Shown: in pieces, positions 21,638 to 28,677 of the stretch | Numbering within the stretch: position 1 is the stretch's first letter | Layout: each line of letters begins with the position of its first letter | NCBI GenBank assembly: GCA_965214605.1 | Contig: OZ243961.1 | Location: 1,280,001 to 1,344,000, forward strand | Origin: an uncultured Candidatus Binatia bacterium | GTDB taxonomy: Bacteria > Desulfobacterota > Binatia > Bin18 | Reading direction: 5' to 3' | Length of the DNA: 64,000 nt | The notes under the pieces: generated by a model | The model's input: the letters and a program-made list of their open reading frames with translations, nothing else | Databases searched by the model: none | Told to the model about the DNA's origin: nothing | Program-made: the position numbers and the translations under genes

Positions 21638-22918
21638 TCAATCCTCTGTCCACTGCTCTAGGCGCATCAGCACGCCAACGAGTGCCCACAGCACGATACT
21701 CACCTCAGCATCGCCAAAGTTGTGCTGGGTCAGCCCGCCGATGAGAAAGCCGACGATACTGAGCAGAATGCCTAGGGCGCAGCTCTTGAGCGGCTCGGAC
21801 GACAGTCCGGTATAGAGCCGCCAGCCTTTGCCCAGGATGACCGCAATCAGGGCCGCAAAAGCGACGAGTCCCAGCCATCCACCATCCACCCACAGTTGCA
21901 GAAAGGTATTGTGGGCGTGGGCGTCGGAATTCCCGGCCCGCCCGGCTGGGGCGACCTCTGGATACTGGGCGTAGTAGGGGCCGCGGAACTGTTTATAGTT
22001 GCCGTAACCCCAGCCGAACAGCGGGCGGTCCCGGATCATGACGAGATTGGCCTGCCAGATGCGGCTGCGGGCAAGGTTTACCGGCGCGTTCAGGTCAAAA
22101 ATCTCACCGGCCCGCTCCCGTACCCCGTCTCCAGCACTGAGCAGCAACACCGCGCAGAGACCGAGCACCCCAAACGCCCCAGCAAGCGCCCGCCTGCCCC
22201 TCACCAGACCGGCCAGCACGAGCACGCTGGCATAGGCGATCCAGACGCCTCGGGTCAGGGAGAACAGCAGAGCCAGGACCATCAGTCCCCAGCCCACCCC
22301 CAGCGCGGCTCTTTTGCGCCAGTTGAGGGCTGGAGCCAAGAGAAAAGCCGTGACCAGAGACAGGGGAAACAGCAGATTGTGGGCGTAGGTGATGCTAGAC
22401 GAAAAAAGCCCTGCGGTCCGAAAGCCCTTTTGACTACCCAGCCAGAAGGTGGCCAGGTTTGACTCCTTGCCGACTAACTGGCGTGCCAGATCAAGGCCGG
22501 TGTAGTGCTGAACGATCGCGTAGGCGGCTAGCACGGCCGCGGTTGTTATGACCAATCTGATGAGCTGGACGGCGCATCGGCCGCTATCAATCAAGACATA
22601 GGCGACAAAAAAGGCTCCCACCAGCCACAGTTTTCGATAGACAGATAAAGAGTGGAGCGGGTCTGGGCCCAGCAGACTCGACAGCAGCAGGGCACCTAGA
22701 AACAGCACTAGGACCGGATCGAGAGGCGTGCGCGGGACGGTATGTGTCCGCCAGCAGTAGTAGGCTCCCACGCCCAGCATGATGCCGAGCAGGGTCTGCT
22801 GAATGGCGATTGCGGTGCACAGACTGATGAAAAAGAGCGCCAGGCCGATACGGACACTGCAATCAACCCATGTCCATCCCACGGTTTCTTCCAGCTCTTT
22901 GCCATTTGTGGGGTGCAT
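21638..22918 (-). CDS. O-antigen ligase / O-oligosaccharyltransferase family (Wzy_C) membrane protein
   Basis: Multiple TM segments, SLTRGVW, RSRIWQANLVMIRDRPLFGWGYGNY, HAHNTFLQ. Confidence 0.88.
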   Translation of the reverse strand: MHPTNGKELEETVGWTWVDCSVRIGLALFFISLCTAIAIQQTLLGIMLGVGAYYCWRTHTVPRTPLDPVLVLFLGALLLSSLLGPDPLHSLSVYRKLWLVGAFFVAYVLIDSGRCAVQLIRLVITTAAVLAAYAIVQHYTGLDLARQLVGKESNLATFWLGSQKGFRTAGLFSSSITYAHNLLFPLSLVTAFLLAPALNWRKRAALGVGWGLMVLALLFSLTRGVWIAYASVLVLAGLVRGRRALAGAFGVLGLCAVLLLSAGDGVRERAGEIFDLNAPVNLARSRIWQANLVMIRDRPLFGWGYGNYKQFRGPYYAQYPEVAPAGRAGNSDAHAHNTFLQLWVDGGWLGLVAFAALIAVILGKGWRLYTGLSSEPLKSCALGILLSIVGFLIGGLTQHNFGDAEVSIVLWALVGVLMRLEQWTED

Positions 22919-22921
22919 GCT

Positions 22922-24394
22922 TCAGGCGCTGCCCTGTCGGGTCAGCACGACCTTAATCGTATCGGCCAGAATACGGATATCGAGCCACACTGAATAGTTG
23001 TACATATAAGCCAGGTCGTATTTCAGCTTGTATTCCGGGGTAGTGTGGTATGCGCCGTTGATCTGGGCCAATCCGGTCAGACCGGGTTTGACCTGGAATC
23101 GCTCGGCATAGCCCGGTACACTGCGCAGGAAGTCCTTGACAAACTCGGGCCGCTCGGGCCGGGGGCCAACCAGGCTCATTGTGCCGTTTAGGACGTTCCA
23201 GAGCTGCGGGAGCTCATCGAGGCGACTATCCCTCAGAAAACGGCCGACCCGCGTCACGCGCGGGTCGGCCCGGCTGGTCAGCACCGGCCCGGTCTTGTCT
23301 TCAGCCCGATCGATCATGGTCCGTAATTTATACAGGATAAACTCCTTGCCGTCTTTGCCGACTCGCCGCTGGCGGTACACGATCGGTCCCGGAGAGGTAG
23401 TGACCAGAACGGCCGCGGCCAGGCCTAGGAGGGGGAGACTCAGCGCCAACAGGGTTGCCGCAAAAATACCGTCAAGCACGCCTTTCACGACAAAGGCCGG
23501 ATCGTCGTGTGGATTTTTCAGCGCGTCGACCAGGGGCACGTCATGGAGCCGGACCGAGGCCACCCGTCCGACCAGGATATCATACATCGAGGGGACAACC
23601 AGCACTCTGGGGCGTCTGCCAGCGTTATGCGGGGACGAATCGACCTGCTCACCGGGCTGCGTCGACAGGTCAAGCAGGCGTTCAACAAAGGCGTCTTTCC
23701 AGGTTGTGGAGGCCAGCAGGATAATGTCGTCAACGCGCACGTCATGGACAATCCGCTCCAACTCTGTGGCGTCTCCCAGCCAAGGAACCTCCAGATCTTC
23801 CCAGGCACTGTTCCAGGCTGGCTGGCCATTCAGACCGGAGAGGCTGACCAGGCCCACAATCTCAGGTCGGGGTCGCACCGCCGGCAGAACATTGAGAAAA
23901 GCTCGCGCCTCCTTTGGCGTACCAACCAGTAAAATCCGCAACGGGCGGAGCCGTCCTACCCGGCGCAGGATGCCAAGGCGCAGGGCGCCGATCATCGCCG
24001 AGTTGAAAAACCAGAAGAGCACCAGCACTGAACGGGGAAAAAAGAGATCGCCCCGAAAAAAATACCATGCCGTGGTCAGCAGCAATTGCAACCCACCGGC
24101 GGCTATGGCCCGGGGGAGGACCCGAGCTCGCAGCTGGAAGGTCTGCAGATCGTAGAGACCCAGAAAGTATAAAACAAATCCTTGAGTGACGAGAAGAAAG
24201 AGGAGAGGATGGTGCACTTCGATCAGGCGCTCAGCCGGCAGCAGCTCAGCGGTGAAGGGCAACGGCAGCACAAACCGGAAGGCAAACGCCATTCCGTACG
24301 CCCCGCCGACACACACCAGGTCAGCGGCCAACAGTCCCAACAGTCCCAACAGTCCCAACAGCGGCGTTGGGGACCGGAGCGTGCGGCTCCTCAC
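22922..24394 (-). CDS. Undecaprenyl-phosphate hexose-1-phosphate transferase (WcaJ/WbaP-type initiating enzyme)
   Basis: N-terminal TMs; YKLRTM, DPRVTRVGRFLRDSRLDELPQLWNVLNGTMSLVGPRPERP, KPGLTGLAQ. Likely GTG start at 24394 (GGAGG RBS; overlaps the upstream stop). Confidence 0.92.
   Translation of the reverse strand: MRSRTLRSPTPLLGLLGLLGLLAADLVCVGGAYGMAFAFRFVLPLPFTAELLPAERLIEVHHPLLFLLVTQGFVLYFLGLYDLQTFQLRARVLPRAIAAGGLQLLLTTAWYFFRGDLFFPRSVLVLFWFFNSAMIGALRLGILRRVGRLRPLRILLVGTPKEARAFLNVLPAVRPRPEIVGLVSLSGLNGQPAWNSAWEDLEVPWLGDATELERIVHDVRVDDIILLASTTWKDAFVERLLDLSTQPGEQVDSSPHNAGRRPRVLVVPSMYDILVGRVASVRLHDVPLVDALKNPHDDPAFVVKGVLDGIFAATLLALSLPLLGLAAAVLVTTSPGPIVYRQRRVGKDGKEFILYKLRTMIDRAEDKTGPVLTSRADPRVTRVGRFLRDSRLDELPQLWNVLNGTMSLVGPRPERPEFVKDFLRSVPGYAERFQVKPGLTGLAQINGAYHTTPEYKLKYDLAYMYNYSVWLDIRILADTIKVVLTRQGSA
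24328..24361. repeat. 9-bp tandem repeat (CCAACAGTC, 3 full copies plus 7 bp) encoding LLG-LLG-LLG
   Basis: ccaacagtc ccaacagtc ccaacagtc ccaacag read directly. Confidence 0.9.
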
Positions 24395-25278
24395 CCATGC
24401 CTCCGGACCCGGCTGCATGATTGGGCAAGCCGCGCGTAGAGCTTTTTGCGAGACAGCAGGTAGCCGTGCTTCCAGAAAAAATAGCCGACGCCCCACATGT
24501 GTTTCCACATCAGGCTAGACCAGAGCGAGCGGGTCTGGCGCCGCTCCTTGTGCACAACGACTGCCTCAGGGTTATACACCACCCGCCAGCCAAGCTGTTG
24601 CAGCCGCAGACACAGATCAACGTCCTCCGGGCCATAGAAAATATGTTCGTCAAGCATCCCTACGGTGCGGAGGGCACTGCAACGGATAACCTGACAGGCA
24701 CCGATCACGTAGTCCACATCACGGATCGTATTGTGATCCCAGTCGGCCATTTCAGACGCGCGGACGATTTTTTGCGCCGCCGCTGAGGGTAAACGCCGGG
24801 CCAGTTTATCGGACAAGGTCGGGAACAGCCGACAGGAGAGCTGCAGTCCACCGTCGGCAGTGGTCAGTTTAGGTCCACACAGCCCAACCTCAGGCTGTGT
24901 TTCCATATAGCGGATGAGGGAGTCCAAAGCCCCTGGCTGAACAATCGTGTCGTCGTCCAGAATAATGACATAGTGCCCGTGCGCCAAGCGGAGGCCTTGA
25001 TTGCGAGCCGGGGCAACACCGCGGTTTCTCGCGTTACGCACCAGCCGCGCGGTGGGTAGGGTCTTTTGGATAAGGGCACAGGTCTGATCCTGTGAGCCGT
25101 TATCGACCACAATGACCTCACCAGGAAAGGTGCGCAGCCCTTGGGTTAGAGAGGCCAAGCAGGTTGCAATATGCTGCTCGGAATTCCAGGTCAGGATCAC
25201 AACCGAAACGGTGACCTCTGTCGGCTGCGTGTGGACCGCCGCGGGCTTGGAATGAGTTTTAGGATTCAGGCAGCTCAT
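24391..25278 (-). CDS. GT2 glycosyltransferase (WbbL-like)
   Basis: VSVVILTWNS, VVDNGSQD, NRGVAPARNQG, ILDDD, YGPEDVDLCLR. Confidence 0.9.
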   Translation of the reverse strand: MSCLNPKTHSKPAAVHTQPTEVTVSVVILTWNSEQHIATCLASLTQGLRTFPGEVIVVDNGSQDQTCALIQKTLPTARLVRNARNRGVAPARNQGLRLAHGHYVIILDDDTIVQPGALDSLIRYMETQPEVGLCGPKLTTADGGLQLSCRLFPTLSDKLARRLPSAAAQKIVRASEMADWDHNTIRDVDYVIGACQVIRCSALRTVGMLDEHIFYGPEDVDLCLRLQQLGWRVVYNPEAVVVHKERRQTRSLWSSLMWKHMWGVGYFFWKHGYLLSRKKLYARLAQSCSRVRRHG

Positions 25279-25329
25279 GGTGTTTTCCGTGGGGAGCAGC
25301 CGACGCCTGATGGGTGCATCTTTCCAGAC

Positions 25330-26706
25330 CTATCGCAGTAAGACCCGCTCAACACTCTCCTTGACCGGCAGGAGCCGTTGTATCTTCTTGTCCAACACCG
25401 CCCGTGTTGTTGGAGACACCAGTCTTCTTAGCAGCGCCTGCAAGCGCAAATAGCGTACTGTCCGCGCCACTCGGAGCTGGCCGAGGCGCGCATCGGGCAC
25501 GGGACGGGGCTGATGTGTATGCAATTCCCTCGCCTCCCGGAGCAAGGTCACCATACGCTCACCCATTTGATCAAGGTGAAAATGCTGCCTGATCCGTTGG
25601 ATTGCGGCTTGGCCGAGGGCCGCCCGGCGTTGGGGGTCACCGAGGAGACGAGCTAGGATATTCGCGTATTGACGCGCTCCAGTCTCTGTATCTGTTCCAT
25701 GACGGGCGGGGTTCGGCGACACCAGCACCCCGCACTCCGGAGTGAGGAGTTCCCGCTGGCCACCCACATCCGCCCCAACAACCGGCAGTCCACACGCCAT
25801 GGCCTCAAAGATCGACACGGCAATCCCCTCCCACCGAGAGGGCAAAAAAAAGATATCGGCCGCCACCATCAGGTCCCGAATCCGTGTATTTGAAACCGCC
25901 CCCAGCAAACGCACTTGGTCCACTAAGTCGGAGGAGCTGACACGGCGCTGCAGCCGAGTAAATTCAGGCCCATCGCCCGCTACCACTGCCACAAAGCGCT
26001 CGGTGCCGGCCTTCAGGTGCCGGAGGGTCTCCAGAAACAGGTGCGGCTGTTTCTGGGCGCAGATACGTCCTGCATACAAGATGATCGGGAGCCGGAGGGC
26101 GTCTCCTTGACTCCGTTCAGCACCGGCCAGCAGCTCACGACGAACCCGCTTCCGCCGCTCAAGGTCGGGCTGCCATTCGACCGGATCAATATTGGTGTAA
26201 CATACCCGGATGCGCCCAGGGTCGGCTCCACGGTCAACCATCCATCTCCGCAGATAGTCAGAAGAGACAAGTTGCAAGTCGAGCAAGTCTTGGTGTTCAA
26301 TCGACATCCGGGGGTATCCACCCCGTTTCCAAGCCTGCTCTTCCATGTGGCAAAAACCGACAAACGTCACGTCCGGACACTCGGCACGCAGGTACGGCAG
26401 GAGCAGATAGCCAAGTTCGCTATTGGCAATCAGCACAACATCGACTCGCCGCGTCTGAATCAACTCCCGGAGAAAAGCCGGATAGTCCGCCATCCGTCGC
26501 TGGCGGTCGAACAGAAAAATGTCTTGGCTATAGCGGGCAAACCGGGCAAACCAAGGGTGGGCGGAGGGCAAAGTCGTTGCTATTAAAACCTGCCATCCCC
26601 ACTGGCGTAACTGCCGGAGCAGGTCCAGATTAAACTTGTCCGCCCCACCCATTTCCAACCAAGGCACGAGCAATAAGAGGCGGGGGGGAACAGTGTCATC
26701 TGTCAT
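25330..26706 (-). CDS. GT4 glycosyltransferase
   Basis: GGADKFNLD, YAGRICAQKQP, FLPSRWEGIAVSIFEAMACGLPVVGADVGGQREL. Confidence 0.92.
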   Translation of the reverse strand: MTDDTVPPRLLLLVPWLEMGGADKFNLDLLRQLRQWGWQVLIATTLPSAHPWFARFARYSQDIFLFDRQRRMADYPAFLRELIQTRRVDVVLIANSELGYLLLPYLRAECPDVTFVGFCHMEEQAWKRGGYPRMSIEHQDLLDLQLVSSDYLRRWMVDRGADPGRIRVCYTNIDPVEWQPDLERRKRVRRELLAGAERSQGDALRLPIILYAGRICAQKQPHLFLETLRHLKAGTERFVAVVAGDGPEFTRLQRRVSSSDLVDQVRLLGAVSNTRIRDLMVAADIFFLPSRWEGIAVSIFEAMACGLPVVGADVGGQRELLTPECGVLVSPNPARHGTDTETGARQYANILARLLGDPQRRAALGQAAIQRIRQHFHLDQMGERMVTLLREARELHTHQPRPVPDARLGQLRVARTVRYLRLQALLRRLVSPTTRAVLDKKIQRLLPVKESVERVLLR

Positions 26707-26920
26707 TGGCTGTAGGTACCGAGCAGGGTGAAAGGTATTCCATCCATGTTATGCCACACCCGGCTACAGCGTGATAGCCCCGCATCACCCCTCTTCTCCC
26801 TCGGCTCCCGACCATCTTTCCTTTCCTGTTGGCTTTTGATACATGCTTGGGGCTGATGAAAGATTTTGTAAAGATCAGTGACGGAGACAGCTCCAACTGA
26901 GTCGCGATCGGAAGAGGGCT

Positions 26921-27160
26921 ATGCAGAGAAGAGGGCTATTCCTTTTTATTTTGCTATGGACGAGTGTCGTCTGTCCACGGGCTGCCCACGCCTATTTAGA
27001 TCCAGGCAGCGGCAGCATGCTGTTGCAGCTCTTGCTCGGGGGTGTGGCTGGTCTGGCCGTTTTGCTCAAGCTGTACTGGCAGCGTTTCCTCCTCTTGTTC
27101 GGTATGAACCAAGCGGAAGACTCGGCAAGCGAAGACGCGCAATCTGCTCAGCAGGAGTAG
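26921..27160 (+). CDS. Small membrane protein with signal peptide and YLDPGSGS motif
   Basis: RBS GGAAGAGGG. Signal peptide ends AAHA, then YLDPGSGSMLLQ, a TM helix and an acidic tail. Preferred over the overlapping N-terminal extension of ORF 26878..28677. Confidence 0.8.
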   Translation: MQRRGLFLFILLWTSVVCPRAAHAYLDPGSGSMLLQLLLGGVAGLAVLLKLYWQRFLLLFGMNQAEDSASEDAQSAQQE

Positions 27161-27195
27161 TCCTACCGGCTTACGGTTCGGCTCAGACGTGTCCC

Positions 27196-28677
27196 ATGTC
27201 TCCTCCTGATGCGCTCAGGTCTGAACGCGGCTCGTTTCGCGACCGCACGAGCCGCGTTTTTTATCACGCGGACACTGTATTGCGAGCGCTGACCGCCCCA
27301 GCCTTGGTCGACTGGAATCAGCTCACCTCAACCACCTTCTTTCAGCGCCTGCACAGCGCTGGAAAGATTGTCCGGACCGAACAGGTTGATCCGCTTTATT
27401 TCTGCGGTACCACCCCTGAATTTGCCTCATCAGAGCGCCCATCTCCCACGGGCACAAGCCCCTGGGTCGCCACCCTCAAACACCAAAAGATCCCATTTAT
27501 TTCCTATCCGTACGAATGGTCGTTTGGTATGCTCAAAGATGCCGCTCTATTACAGCTGGAGTTGCTTCAGGTCGCATTAGCCGAGGGCATGATTCTCAAA
27601 GACGCCTCGTCTTTCAATGTCCAATGGGTCGGCAGCCGACCGATTTTTATCGACATCCCCTCCTTTACCCGTTTGACGCCCGGAACCCCGTGGGTTGGCT
27701 ATCGGCAGTTCTGTCAATTATTTCTGTTTCCGCTCCTTCTCCAAGCGTACAAAGACATCCCCTTTCAACCCTGGCTGCGGGGGAGTCTTGAGGGCGTTTC
27801 TCCCCAGGACTGCCGTCAGTTCATGTCGGTCCGTGACCTGCTGCGGCCGGGCGTGTTCGGCCACGTGTATTTGCAAGCCAAGGCCCAGGTCCGGTATGCC
27901 GACTCTGGCCAGCAACCTCTTCAGGGCAAACCCGGCCGTCAACAGAACCTCAAACATGCTCTGCGCAAGGCGGGCTTTCATACGGCTTTGATTCAAGCCA
28001 ATGTCAGTCGTTTGATGAAACTTATCCAGCGTCTGAGCTGGAACCGGGCGCGCTCAACCTGGGTAGAGTATACCCATCACCTTCCATACACGGAGGGCGA
28101 ACAGGCCCAAAAAGCAGATTTTGTCCGCCGTGTGATCCACTCGCGGTCTTGGTCGATGGTCTGGGATCTTGGCTGCAACACGGGCACCTTCTCACGTCTT
28201 GCGGCTCAAAACGCCACCACGGTCGTCGCCATGGACGCCGATGCCCTTGTCATAGAACGATTCTACCAAGCCTTGAAGACAGACGGGGAAACCTCGATTC
28301 TCCCCTTGGTCAGCAATGTGGCCGATCCGGCGCCAAACCTCGGCTGGCGGGGAGCAGAGCGCCAAGCCCTCGACCAGCGCACCCGACCAGACCTTATTCT
28401 GAGTCTGGCCCTCATTCATCATCTGGTGATCGGGGCCAATATTCCTCTGTACGAATTCCTCGTCTGGCTAGCGGGCTTCAAGGCTGCGGTAGTCATTGAG
28501 TTCATCACTCGCGAGGATCCCATGGTCCAGACCTTGCTCCGGCACAAAGACGACCACTATGCGGACTATGAGACAGCATATTTTGAGCGCTGCTTGTCCG
28601 CCGCTTTTACCATCAGGGAGCGTCATCTCTTAGCCTCGGGTACACGCATCTTATACTATGGTGAGCCGAAAACCTGA
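27196..28677 (+). CDS. NoeA-like protein: N-terminal kinase-like region fused to a class I SAM methyltransferase
   Basis: GSFRD, ISYPYEWSFGMLKDAA, LKDASSFNVQW, IFIDIPSF; SAM motif VWDLGCNTG, LALIHHL. Start placed at ATG 27196. Confidence 0.8.
   Translation: MSPPDALRSERGSFRDRTSRVFYHADTVLRALTAPALVDWNQLTSTTFFQRLHSAGKIVRTEQVDPLYFCGTTPEFASSERPSPTGTSPWVATLKHQKIPFISYPYEWSFGMLKDAALLQLELLQVALAEGMILKDASSFNVQWVGSRPIFIDIPSFTRLTPGTPWVGYRQFCQLFLFPLLLQAYKDIPFQPWLRGSLEGVSPQDCRQFMSVRDLLRPGVFGHVYLQAKAQVRYADSGQQPLQGKPGRQQNLKHALRKAGFHTALIQANVSRLMKLIQRLSWNRARSTWVEYTHHLPYTEGEQAQKADFVRRVIHSRSWSMVWDLGCNTGTFSRLAAQNATTVVAMDADALVIERFYQALKTDGETSILPLVSNVADPAPNLGWRGAERQALDQRTRPDLILSLALIHHLVIGANIPLYEFLVWLAGFKAAVVIEFITREDPMVQTLLRHKDDHYADYETAYFERCLSAAFTIRERHLLASGTRILYYGEPKT

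Noticed and set aside
23136-24155. 339-aa plus-strand ORF
   Set aside because: Arg/Ser-rich antisense shadow of the sugar transferase.
26878-27195. 106-aa N-terminal extension of the NoeA-like ORF in the ORF track
   Set aside because: It overlaps the better-supported YLDPGSGS gene, has no recognisable motifs, and family-like sequence begins only after ATG 27196.
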